A DNA stretch of 53,714 nucleotides, taken from the sequence record DRR378314_1164; one strand, 5' to 3'. The notes under the pieces are model-generated. The model was not told the DNA's origin. It worked only from the letters and a program-made list of their open reading frames with translations, and made no database searches. This document shows, piece by piece, positions 1 through 11,548 of the stretch. The translations under genes and the position numbers were made by a program. Position 1 is the stretch's first letter. Each line of letters starts with the position of its first letter.

Positions 1-46
1 ATTTATGTCAGGTGAGATATCGTTCCTGACATAAATGTCAGGCTAC
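1..46. repeat. GTAG-family REP doublet (REPIN-like), left arm truncated by the window start
   Basis: atttatgtcagg + 12-nt spacer tgagatatcgtt + cctgacataaatgtcaggctac; same family as the copies at 21109, 45657, 49439 and 52945. Confidence 0.9.
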
Positions 47-56
47 ACACGCCACG

Positions 57-1448
57 TCATGATACATCCACCCCATAACGCTCGCGGATCTTAGCCGCCA
101 ATGCCAACCGCGCATCGGCTTCGCCATGAATTAACCGTATGCGCTTAACCGGCTCTTCGGTGGCGTCAATAAAGTCCAGCAGTTCTTGCTGGTCGGCGTG
201 GGCGGAGTAGCCGCCTAAGGTATAAATACCCGCTTTAATCCAAACCCGCTCGTGGTCAAGCTCAACATAACCGCCGTCCGGGCCATATTGCTGAATATCC
301 CTCCCAGGCGTACCCGCGGCCTGATACCCGACAAACAGCACATCGGTGCGAGGATCGGGCAATAAAGCTTTTAAGTAGTTAAGCATGCGTCCGCCAGTAC
401 ACATACCGCTGGCAGCAATGACTATGCAAGGGTCACCGCTACTCTGCAAAAGGTTCACAATGCGCTCGTGTTCGCTGTGCTCATCTACCGTCAGCAAGCG
501 GTCAAAATTAAGCGGATGGCGATCATCACTTAAACGTTTGCGAGCTTCTTCGTCCCATAAATTCTTCATTGTTCGGTATTGTTTTGTGAACTGCACAGCC
601 AGCGGGGAATCCAGAATAACCGTCATTTTATGCCAAACTTTATTCACCTCACCGGTTTCAGCTTCCTGCTCACGCGCGGTGTGAATAATGTCTTCCAGTT
701 CGTACAGCAGTTCCTGCGTGCGACCAATACTAAAAGCCGGAATTAAAATAACGCCTTTGTTCTCCACACAACGCTCAACTACCGCCTTTAACCGCTGAGA
801 CCGGTCAATGCGGGACTCATGGTTTTTGTCGCCGTAGGTGCTTTCCAGCAACAGAAAGTCAGCACGCTCTAATGGCGTAGGGTCGGGCAATAGCGGAGTG
901 TTTTTACAGCCCAGGTCGCCGGAGAACACCACGCGGTAGTGGGTACTCACATTCTCAATTTCAACATAGGCCGACCCCAGAATATGCCCGGCTTGACGAA
1001 AACGTAGCTTGAAGCGCTCCGGGGCAAACTCAGTAGGCAGTTCAATCCATTTATCGTAAGCCGTAGGTCGCAGCTGGCGTCGTAATCGTGCAATAACCGC
1101 ATCAATAATTTCGCCATTACGGGTTAAGCCAATTTTCAGGGCGTCTTCAATAACTAACGGCAGCAACAGCGCGGTAGCTTTGGTGCAGTATATGGGACCG
1201 ACAAAGCCCGCAATAAGCAACCAGGGCAAACGGCCTACGTGGTCTATGTGGGAGTGAGTCACTACCAGCGCCTGTACCTTACTTATATCGAAGTCAATTT
1301 CCTGGGCGTTAGAATCCGCGCCAGAACCCGAAGTTTCTGCCCCCTGAAACAACCCGCAGTCAATTAAAAGTGAGTGGTTACTGTCTAATAACAGCTCGTG
1401 GCAAGAGCCAGTAACCCCTTCAAACGCGCCGTGGTGTATTACATCCAT
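57..1448 (-). CDS. MBL-fold metallo-hydrolase, beta-CASP / RNA-metabolising family
   Basis: GVTGSCH, LIDCG, THSHIDHVG (HxHxDH), AGHILGS, FSGDLG, ESTYG, PAFSIGRTQE, SAHAD and HGE motifs. Confidence 0.9.
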   Translation of the reverse strand: MDVIHHGAFEGVTGSCHELLLDSNHSLLIDCGLFQGAETSGSGADSNAQEIDFDISKVQALVVTHSHIDHVGRLPWLLIAGFVGPIYCTKATALLLPLVIEDALKIGLTRNGEIIDAVIARLRRQLRPTAYDKWIELPTEFAPERFKLRFRQAGHILGSAYVEIENVSTHYRVVFSGDLGCKNTPLLPDPTPLERADFLLLESTYGDKNHESRIDRSQRLKAVVERCVENKGVILIPAFSIGRTQELLYELEDIIHTAREQEAETGEVNKVWHKMTVILDSPLAVQFTKQYRTMKNLWDEEARKRLSDDRHPLNFDRLLTVDEHSEHERIVNLLQSSGDPCIVIAASGMCTGGRMLNYLKALLPDPRTDVLFVGYQAAGTPGRDIQQYGPDGGYVELDHERVWIKAGIYTLGGYSAHADQQELLDFIDATEEPVKRIRLIHGEADARLALAAKIRERYGVDVS

Positions 1449-1510
1449 GTGTTGGTTTCCTGTGTGTCGATTGGTACAAGATGGTATCTACATTAACCAG
1501 CCCATAAAGC

Positions 1511-3469
1511 CTAAAGCTCAAAGTTTTTTAATGCTTTTTGGGCGCCGTAGCCCGACAAGTGATGGTCGTCGTAATAAATCGCTCTGTCTTTTTCCCCAAT
1601 CAAACAAACTGTGTCCGGGCAAATGGAATCGGAAAAATCATATAACTGAACATTGCTGTGTTGGGTAGCAACCGACTCAAGCCAGTTTTTAACCTCGGCA
1701 TAGCGTCTGTGGTGTTCGCTTTTCGCCAGGCTGGAGTTCTTAGAGTATTTCTCAAACTCCTCATTACCGAAAATTGAGGTCCAGGCATAAAAGTCTCTGG
1801 CATCAATGTGCTGTACCGGCGCCTGATGAAATACCACCACCTCAATACCGGCTTTATTCAAAGCGCTAAAGGTTTCATGTAAGCGAGTTTCTAACGCCTG
1901 TACTGACGGCAGTTCACTGTTCTCAACATCGTAATTAAGGCCTACACGAATAAACTGCCCCGCAATATCGCCAAAGGTGTAATAGCTCCATCGCGCGACT
2001 AAAATCACTTTCTCTACGGGCAGTTTAGTAATTTCGTCGTAAAGGTGCTCGTTTCTGTAGGCGCACGTCTTTCTGCGTGAGTTACCGTAAAGTATGTAAC
2101 CGTCTATGGCGGGCGGGCAACCAGAAATACCAGAAAAAACCAGCCCTTTTCCCTGTTGCTCTGCTTTGCGCGACAGTTCCGGCAAGAACGACAGGGCGTG
2201 GCTGTCGCCAACTAAGGCAACTTTTTTACTCGCCCCTTTAGCGCCCAGCTCACAAAAAATGCCCTCATTACGCATACGCTCAAGCGAGAACCCAAAACAC
2301 TCTTCCTGATATTCTCGGGTATACAGGTCGTGTTTTAGCTTTTCGGAAAGTTGAATTCTGCTTTCGGCACCATCGGTAATATGACCATAAACAGCAAACG
2401 CCAATAGCCCTACACTGAAAGTAGCTGCCACCGCAAACACCTGACGGTGGTTTTTCAGTAAGCCGTTTTTGTGTCTAAACGGTTGCTCAACATACTTCCA
2501 GCTAAAATACGCAAGAGCCAGCGAGAGCCCGGACAATATCAACATCAGCCAGGGTTCAGGTTCGTCTAGTAACCTAATTCGCGCAAAAGCAAACAACGGC
2601 TGATGCCAAAGGTACGCGCTGTAGCTAATGAGCCCAATACCTACCAGAAACCTGCCCGAGAGCAACCGGGCTACCCGGGTGGAAGAGTCGGCAAAAAGGA
2701 TAATCATTGCCGTGCCTATTACCGGCACCAGCGCATACAATGAGGGAAACGGCGTGCTTTCATCGAACACAACCATAGCAAAGGCCAGCAGCATTAAACC
2801 CAGGCCAGATAGCCACTGGTTTGCGTTAACGGACCGGTTGTGCAAAATAAACGCACACACCGCTCCAACGCCTAGCTCCCATGCGCGGGTTGGCAGCAGA
2901 TAGAAATTTGCGGATGCATAAGCGCGCGACGCCCATTCAGAGAAAAATAAGCTAATAAGTGACAGTAAAATAACAATGTAAAAAACGGGGCGCTTGCCAA
3001 AGCACCATAGCGCCAATAGCAATAACGGGAAAAACACATAAAACTGCTCTTCTACCGCTAGGGTCCAGGTGTGCAGTAACGGGTTTTCTTCTGCAGCAGG
3101 CGCAAAATAGTCTTCCTTCCACCAGAACAAAAAGTTCGACAAAAATAAGACTATTGCAGCAAAGCCTTGTGCAAAATCGCGAAACTGCTCCGGAACCATC
3201 CAGAACCAGGCGAAGGGAATGCAGCACAACATAACAAAATATAAGGCGGGCAGAATTCGCCGGGCGCGCCGTTCATAAAAGTGGACAATGGAGAATTTAC
3301 CCAGCTCCAGCTCACGCATAAGAATAGAGGTAATCAAATAACCGCTAATGACAAAAAAGACATCAACACCGACATAGCCGCCGGAAAACCAGCTGAACCC
3401 AGCATGAAACAATATGACAGGAAGTACAGCTACAGCCCGTAAACCGTCAATTTCGCGGCGATAATCCAT
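1511..3469 (-). CDS. OafA/OatA-type O-acetyltransferase (Acyltransferase_3 membrane domain + SGNH domain)
   Basis: YRREIDGLRAVAV, GGYVGVDVFFVISGYLIT, RRARRILP, HTWTLAVEEQFY; C-terminal GDSHA and DDHHLS; start moved to ATG 3469 (AAGGA upstream). Confidence 0.92.
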   Translation of the reverse strand: MDYRREIDGLRAVAVLPVILFHAGFSWFSGGYVGVDVFFVISGYLITSILMRELELGKFSIVHFYERRARRILPALYFVMLCCIPFAWFWMVPEQFRDFAQGFAAIVLFLSNFLFWWKEDYFAPAAEENPLLHTWTLAVEEQFYVFFPLLLLALWCFGKRPVFYIVILLSLISLFFSEWASRAYASANFYLLPTRAWELGVGAVCAFILHNRSVNANQWLSGLGLMLLAFAMVVFDESTPFPSLYALVPVIGTAMIILFADSSTRVARLLSGRFLVGIGLISYSAYLWHQPLFAFARIRLLDEPEPWLMLILSGLSLALAYFSWKYVEQPFRHKNGLLKNHRQVFAVAATFSVGLLAFAVYGHITDGAESRIQLSEKLKHDLYTREYQEECFGFSLERMRNEGIFCELGAKGASKKVALVGDSHALSFLPELSRKAEQQGKGLVFSGISGCPPAIDGYILYGNSRRKTCAYRNEHLYDEITKLPVEKVILVARWSYYTFGDIAGQFIRVGLNYDVENSELPSVQALETRLHETFSALNKAGIEVVVFHQAPVQHIDARDFYAWTSIFGNEEFEKYSKNSSLAKSEHHRRYAEVKNWLESVATQHSNVQLYDFSDSICPDTVCLIGEKDRAIYYDDHHLSGYGAQKALKNFEL

Positions 3470-3508
3470 ATCAGTTAAATCCTTACTCCTTGGCAAAAGC
3501 AGCCGCGG

Positions 3509-3517
3509 ATAATATCA
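3509..3517 (-). promoter_or_regulatory. Possible extended -10 promoter of the acetyltransferase
   Basis: Minus strand reads TGa-TATTAT followed by GC-rich ccgcggc, about 40 nt upstream of the ATG. Confidence 0.35.
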
Positions 3518-3675
3518 CGGTTCCGCTACCATGTACTCACCGCCCAAAGAACTGACCGCTCAAAATTCCATCGAAAAGGGAGTGAAAAGCCTTTGTAGAG
3601 CAAGGGTTGCATGCGCTATTATACGCGCTTCATCTAAATTTAATGAAACATAATAACAACAAAATACCAACACTA

Positions 3676-3713
3676 CCGGTCTATGGGAGCCGCACCCTAT
3701 GGGCGGTAGCGTG
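3676..3713 (+). promoter_or_regulatory. JUMPStart-like leader with ops element (RfaH loading site)
   Basis: GGCGGTAGCGTG at 3702-3713 matches ops GGCGGTAGnnTG exactly, 15 nt before the wzz ATG at the head of a polysaccharide operon. Confidence 0.9.
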
Positions 3714-3728
3714 CCTTAAGGCCTAAAA

Positions 3729-4700
3729 ATGACAAAAGATACTCAAAACGCCCGACTAACACCATCTAACTACGAGCCGCAACGCCATCCGGATTACCAA
3801 GATGACGAAATAGATCTGCGTGAACTATTCGGCATAATCTGGCAAGGTAAATGGCGGATCATTGCCATCACCTTTGTGTTTGCGGTGGGGGCGGTTATTT
3901 ATTCGTTGAGTTTACCCAATATTTATAAGTCGGAAGCAACACTGGCTCCCTCCGAAGAAGCTGGTGGAGGTGGGCTATCGCAGATGGCTGGACAACTGGG
4001 TGGTTTAGCGAGTTTGGCCGGACTAGACTTAGGCCAGCAAGGTGTCGATAAAACCACTATTGCAATAGAAATACTTCAATCACGCGCCTTTATTAAAAAT
4101 TTCGTCGAAAAGTACAACATACTGCCAGAGCTAATGGCGGTAAAAGACTGGAATCGCAATAGCGGCCTGATCTTTGATGAAGAAATGTACAATCTAAATT
4201 CTAAAAAATGGGTTAGAGAAGTTGAACCACCAAAGCCAAGTAGCTGGGAATATGTAAAAGTTTTTAAAGATGATGTGCTCACGGTGAATAGAGATGATAC
4301 GACAGGCTTAGTGACTTTATCTATCAGCCATCAATCCCCGGAGTTGGCTGAGCAATGGGTTGATTGGCTAATTAGCGAGATAAACAATCATATGCGCCAA
4401 CGAGATATTCAGGAAGCACAACGGAGCCTTGAGTACTTAGACGAAGAAATAGAAAAAACATCACTCAGCAATATGCAGCAGGTTTTTTATCAACTAATTG
4501 AAAAGCAAACCCAAACTATCATGTTGGCGAATGTTCGGCCTGAGTATATTTTTCAAGTAATTGATCCTCCTATTGTACCGGAAGAAAAAGCGAAGCCTTC
4601 AAGGGCGTTAATATGTATTCTAGGTGTATTCTTAGGTGGTTTTTTAGGTGTTGGTTTTGTTTTAGTTAGAAATTTTTTCAGAAAGGAAAGTCAAGATTAA
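3729..4700 (+). CDS. wzz: O-antigen chain length determinant Wzz
   Basis: DDEIDLRELF N-terminus, two TM helices, VIDPPIVPEEKAKPSRALI proline-rich motif. Confidence 0.92.
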   Translation: MTKDTQNARLTPSNYEPQRHPDYQDDEIDLRELFGIIWQGKWRIIAITFVFAVGAVIYSLSLPNIYKSEATLAPSEEAGGGGLSQMAGQLGGLASLAGLDLGQQGVDKTTIAIEILQSRAFIKNFVEKYNILPELMAVKDWNRNSGLIFDEEMYNLNSKKWVREVEPPKPSSWEYVKVFKDDVLTVNRDDTTGLVTLSISHQSPELAEQWVDWLISEINNHMRQRDIQEAQRSLEYLDEEIEKTSLSNMQQVFYQLIEKQTQTIMLANVRPEYIFQVIDPPIVPEEKAKPSRALICILGVFLGGFLGVGFVLVRNFFRKESQD

Positions 4701-4821
4701 GACAGGTCCGGAATTTTGGTTTTAAGGATCCGGGCGTTTCTTTATCGGTTAGTTTCCTCAGATTTAAATATCTAAGGACTAATTTACTCGTAAGTTTTTA
4801 TGGATATAAAGTGGGATTCTT

Positions 4822-7106
<2,285 letters not shown>

Positions 7107-7138
7107 TACGCAGTATTCAAAGCGAACAGGTGCATACT

Positions 7139-7717
7139 ATGAGTTATTACCAACATGAATCGGCAATTGTAGATGACGGAGCTCAAATTGGCGAAGGTAG
7201 CCGTGTCTGGCACTTCGTTCATGTTTGCGGTGAAGCCCAAATTGGCAAAGGCGTTTCATTAGGGCAAAACGTTTTCGTCGGTAACCGAGTGAAAATTGGC
7301 GATAACTGTAAAATACAAAACAATGTTTCGGTCTACGATAACGTGTATTTAGAAGAAGGCGTATTTTGTGGGCCTAGTATGGTTTTCACCAATGTGTATA
7401 ACCCTCGTTCGCTGATAGAGCGCAAAGACGAATATAAGGACACCCTAGTTAAAAAAGGTGCTTCTTTAGGGGCTAATTGCACTATTGTTTGCGGTATTAC
7501 TATCGGTGAGTATGCTTTTATTGGTGCCGGAGCCGTTGTGAATAAAGATGTGCCCGCTTATGCACTTATGGTGGGCGTACCGGCAAAACAAATTGGCTGG
7601 ATGAGTGAACACGGTGAACAGTTAGATTTACCGTTGACTGGGGATGCTAAAACTGAGTGTTCTCACTCGGGTGCAGCTTATACGTTAAATGGACAAACCG
7701 TGATTAAAGAAGGTTAA
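7139..7717 (+). CDS. wbpD: UDP-GlcNAc3NA N-acetyltransferase, hexapeptide repeat (WbpD/WlbB-like)
   Basis: [43 protein letters not shown] 7139 after AGGTG. Confidence 0.9.
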   Translation: MSYYQHESAIVDDGAQIGEGSRVWHFVHVCGEAQIGKGVSLGQNVFVGNRVKIGDNCKIQNNVSVYDNVYLEEGVFCGPSMVFTNVYNPRSLIERKDEYKDTLVKKGASLGANCTIVCGITIGEYAFIGAGAVVNKDVPAYALMVGVPAKQIGWMSEHGEQLDLPLTGDAKTECSHSGAAYTLNGQTVIKEG

Positions 7718-7722
7718 TTAAC

Positions 7723-8808
7723 ATGCAGTTTATTGATTTAGCCGCTCAGCAGGCAAGAATTAAAGATAAAATTGACGCGGGCATTGCACGCGTTCTTGCC
7801 CACGGCAAGTATATTCTGGGCCCGGAAGTTCAAGAGTTAGAAGAAAAATTAGTTGATTATACAGGAGCAAAGTACTGTATTACCGTGGCAAACGGAACCG
7901 ATGCCCTTCAAATAGCGCAAATGGCATTGGGTATTGGTCCGGGAGATGAAGTTATTACGCCAGGATTTACTTATATTGCGACGGCAGAAACAGTAGCCTT
8001 ATTAGGCGCAAAGCCAGTTTATGTTGATATTGACCCTAAAACTTACAATATTGACCCTGATTTAATTGAAGCTGCTATTACGCCTAAAACAAAAGCAATT
8101 ATTCCCGTGTCACTTTATGGCCAGTGTGCAGATTTCGACCGAATTAATGAGATCGCAAGAAAGCACAACATTCCGGTCATTGAAGACGGTGCTCAAAGCT
8201 TTGGTGCAACTTACAAAGGCAGAAAATCTTGCAACTTAAGTACAATTGCTTGTACTAGCTTCTTCCCAAGCAAACCGTTGGGTTGTTATGGCGATGGTGG
8301 AGCTATTTTTACTAATGATGATGAGTTAGCAACAATAGTGAGACAAATAGCACGACATGGCCAAGATCGTCGGTATCACCATGTGCGAGTCGGTGTTAAT
8401 AGCCGCTTGGATACATTACAAGCGGTTATTTTGTTGCCTAAGCTTGATATTTTGGACGATGAAATTAAATTGCGAAACCAGGCAGCAAAAAATTACGCAC
8501 GCTTACTCAACGGAACCAAAATAATATCGACTCCGTTTATTGAAACTTACAATACGTCAGCTTGGGCGCAGTACACTATCAATGTGAAAAACCGAGAAGG
8601 GTTACAGAAAAAGCTGAAAGACGCGGGTGTACCTACAGCGGTACATTACCCCATACCGTTGAACAAACAACCCGCAGTCGAGGACAAAACGACAAGTTTG
8701 CCCGCGGGGGATGAAATAGCTAAGCAAGTTGTGAGCTTGCCAATGCACCCTTATCTTGGACTAGAAGAGCAGCAAGCTGTGGTTCAAGCGTTGCGGAGTT
8801 GTTGTTGA
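7723..8808 (+). CDS. wbpE: DegT/DnrJ PLP aminotransferase (WbpE/WlbC-like)
   Basis: MQFIDL, NGTDAL, IEDGAQS, SFFPSKPLGCYGDGG, NSRLD. Confidence 0.9.
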   Translation: MQFIDLAAQQARIKDKIDAGIARVLAHGKYILGPEVQELEEKLVDYTGAKYCITVANGTDALQIAQMALGIGPGDEVITPGFTYIATAETVALLGAKPVYVDIDPKTYNIDPDLIEAAITPKTKAIIPVSLYGQCADFDRINEIARKHNIPVIEDGAQSFGATYKGRKSCNLSTIACTSFFPSKPLGCYGDGGAIFTNDDELATIVRQIARHGQDRRYHHVRVGVNSRLDTLQAVILLPKLDILDDEIKLRNQAAKNYARLLNGTKIISTPFIETYNTSAWAQYTINVKNREGLQKKLKDAGVPTAVHYPIPLNKQPAVEDKTTSLPAGDEIAKQVVSLPMHPYLGLEEQQAVVQALRSCC

Positions 8809-8833
8809 TTAATTTGGTTTACTCTAGGTTCCG

Positions 8834-10123
8834 ATGAATTATATTAAGAGGGTAGTGCAGAGGGGGGTTAGTAATCGCTTTTTGCGTGGGGTAGCTTCGC
8901 TAACTTCGGCAAACGCTGCTGGGCAGTTGATTTTACTGGCGTGTATGCCGTTACTTACTCGATTGTATACTCCCGATGATTTTGGAGTTTTTGCCGTATT
9001 CACAGCCGTTATGAGCGTGGTTTTGGTCGCCTCAAGTTTACGCTATGAATTAGCGATCCCACTCCCTAGAAAAGTAAAAGATGCTCAAACACTTTTGAGC
9101 ATTGCTCTTTTGATTAATTTATTTAGCGTTTTAATTGTTGCCGTTGTAGTCCTTAGTTTTGGAAAGTGGATTGCGGGTTGGACGAACACCCCATCACTTA
9201 CAAAAATTTTATGGCTACTGCCCATTGTGATTTTTGTAGCCGGAACCTATAAAGCACTCAAGTTTTGGGCTGTTCGTCAAAAAGACTTTTCTGCAATCGC
9301 AATGACGCGTATTAGCCAAAGTATCGCTAACGCTGTCGCGCAAATTCTTGGAGGTTTAGCGGGTCTAGGTGTTTGGGGTCTCGTGATTGGACAGACAATT
9401 GGTCAAAGTGCAGGGGTGAGGCGTCTCTCTCGTGACCTCCGTATTTCACAGTTCATCAGCGGTGCATTTTCTAATCGATTGCGGACGAAAGCACTTATTC
9501 GCAAGTATAAAAAGTTTCCGAAATACGACGTGCCAGGGTCTGTTGTGAACACTGTTAGTGTTCAGCTTCCCAACTTTCTTTTGGCTGTGTTGTTTAATCC
9601 TATGACTGCTGGAATATATTATTTGGCTGATAGGGCGCTAGCGACCCCCATGACTATGGTAAGTCAAGCGGTGGCTCAAGTCCTCTATGGAGATATCAGG
9701 AATTTGCTGGCGGCGGGCGTGGCACGTCAACGATGCTATCAATTATTACTTGTTATGACTATCATTGGCTTACCTCCTACTTTTTTACTGTTCTTTTATG
9801 CTGAGCCTCTTTTTGCTTTGGTATTTGGTGAAGAATGGCGCGATGCTGGTTTATATGCTAGTTGGTTGGTCTTTGGGCTTTTAGTGCAGTTTCTGTATTC
9901 ACCTTTGTCTATGATTTTGATGGCTACAGATGGTCAAGCCGCCAACTTTTTAATTCATCTTTTGATTAGTGCTCTAAAACTTTGCGCGCTCCTAATGGCT
10001 TATATAACCGAAAGTGAAATCGTTGCAGTGATAGGGATTGGATTTGCAACTGCGCTAGGTTATGGGATTGGAGTTTTTATTGTTTTTAGCAGGTTGCCTA
10101 GATTCGAGCTTAATCGCTGCTAG
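8834..10123 (+). CDS. wzx: O-unit flippase Wzx
   Basis: Many hydrophobic segments; PLLTRLYTPDDFGVF, LRYELAI, GEEWRDAG motifs typical of polysaccharide flippases. Confidence 0.85.
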   Translation: MNYIKRVVQRGVSNRFLRGVASLTSANAAGQLILLACMPLLTRLYTPDDFGVFAVFTAVMSVVLVASSLRYELAIPLPRKVKDAQTLLSIALLINLFSVLIVAVVVLSFGKWIAGWTNTPSLTKILWLLPIVIFVAGTYKALKFWAVRQKDFSAIAMTRISQSIANAVAQILGGLAGLGVWGLVIGQTIGQSAGVRRLSRDLRISQFISGAFSNRLRTKALIRKYKKFPKYDVPGSVVNTVSVQLPNFLLAVLFNPMTAGIYYLADRALATPMTMVSQAVAQVLYGDIRNLLAAGVARQRCYQLLLVMTIIGLPPTFLLFFYAEPLFALVFGEEWRDAGLYASWLVFGLLVQFLYSPLSMILMATDGQAANFLIHLLISALKLCALLMAYITESEIVAVIGIGFATALGYGIGVFIVFSRLPRFELNRC

Positions 10124-10435
10124 TTTGTATCAACTACCAACAGAAATGCTCTCGGCGTGTCATTTCGAATATTAAAATTTAATAGAGTGCCTGTGAGCTT
10201 ACTATCTTCTTGATTATCTCTGGTTAAGTGAAACCTGGCTGTTTCGATATAATATATCTAATTTTATTTTTTTAATATTTGCCTTTTCGGTATATTGGCT
10301 ATTACAACCCTTAAGCCAACTAGTGGTTATTAGTAATCATCAATTATGTTCTGGAATCTACTAGGCTTTAATATTATGACGAGCATTAGTCATTCCAGTA
10401 AAGCCCGTTGAAGCAACTAACAAGGAGTCTATGCA

Positions 10436-11548
10436 TTGATTTCACAGTCATTGAATTTTTTTCGAAATAGAAAGGGCTTTATTTTTTTTGCGTTATGGTT
10501 TTTTTTGTTATTTGGTGCTTTTAACTTTTTTGCATATGAGATTAATCAGGCTAATGCAGCACTAAGATTATTTGTGAAGACTGGCACATGGGAAATAAGA
10601 CGTTTCGACGATCAAGGACTGCCAATCTCAACGTCTGCACGGGTAGGAGAGTTTATATCACCTTTTTATGTTGTTCATTACGGACTTGCCTATTCTGAAG
10701 GACTAGGTGCTAAGGGATTGCAATGGAGAAGTGACCCATCTATGGAATATTGGAACAAGCCTCCTGAGGAGCATTCGCAAGAAACCAATATAAATTATTT
10801 TAAAAATTCAGCGGACTGGGTAATAAAAAATATCACTTTTCATAAAGGTCAAGCACACCTTTTGTACGACTTCGACTGGCCATATAGTAATTATCCAAAC
10901 GAAGGATTGAGTGCTCCTTGGTGGTCCGGTCTCACCGATGGCTACGCAATTATACTGCTTCTTCGAGCATATGATTATTTTGGTGATCTGAAATACTACA
11001 AAATGGCCGAATCATTATACGAGTCAGTTCTCACTCCTGTAAATCAAGGAGGTAGCACACTTACCTTAAACGGATGTGATTGGATAGAGGAATATGTCGA
11101 TCCCGAGTTAGCTAATAAAGATATGTCGTTTGTATTAAATGGCATGGTTTATGCGACTTATGGCATCGAAGCTTTTGAAAGTAACTTTATTGATTCTGAT
11201 AGAAACAAAAAATCACCAAGTTTATATCGTTGTATAGAAAAGAATATCCGTATTTTTGATCTTGGCGGCTGGTCTTATTATGACGGAATAGGTAACCCTG
11301 CAAATATAAAGTACCACTTTATTAATTATGCGATATTTTTAGATATGGTAAATCTAGAAAGAATTTCCGGAGCTGAATTAGAAAAAACTTATGAATCTTG
11401 GAAATTAGGTTTTGATAATCCTGGTATTTTTTATACAATTTATGGTCCTGTTTCAATAGCGTATTACCATTTTATTTTTACTTTTTTAGTTTTTCTTTTT
11501 GCACCTTTAGTTTTAATAAAATTTTTTTATAAAATAAAATGTCATTAA
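10436..11548 (+). CDS. D-glucuronyl C5-epimerase C-terminal-domain-like protein with N- and C-terminal membrane anchors
   Basis: PWWSGLTDG..LLLRAY, WIEEY, FVLNGMVYA..G, WSYYD and YH motifs match the heparan C5-epimerase catalytic domain pattern; TTG start 8 nt after AAGGAG. Confidence 0.75.
   Translation: MISQSLNFFRNRKGFIFFALWFFLLFGAFNFFAYEINQANAALRLFVKTGTWEIRRFDDQGLPISTSARVGEFISPFYVVHYGLAYSEGLGAKGLQWRSDPSMEYWNKPPEEHSQETNINYFKNSADWVIKNITFHKGQAHLLYDFDWPYSNYPNEGLSAPWWSGLTDGYAIILLLRAYDYFGDLKYYKMAESLYESVLTPVNQGGSTLTLNGCDWIEEYVDPELANKDMSFVLNGMVYATYGIEAFESNFIDSDRNKKSPSLYRCIEKNIRIFDLGGWSYYDGIGNPANIKYHFINYAIFLDMVNLERISGAELEKTYESWKLGFDNPGIFYTIYGPVSIAYYHFIFTFLVFLFAPLVLIKFFYKIKCH

Noticed and set aside
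3519-3546. Second ops element on the minus strand
   Set aside because: ggcggtgag and tggtagcgg each match only partly and lie upstream of the likely promoter.
10431-10439. ATG-CAT-TGA minigene overlapping the epimerase start
   Set aside because: Only 3 nt from the GGAG, too close for efficient initiation; the TTG at 10436 has proper spacing.
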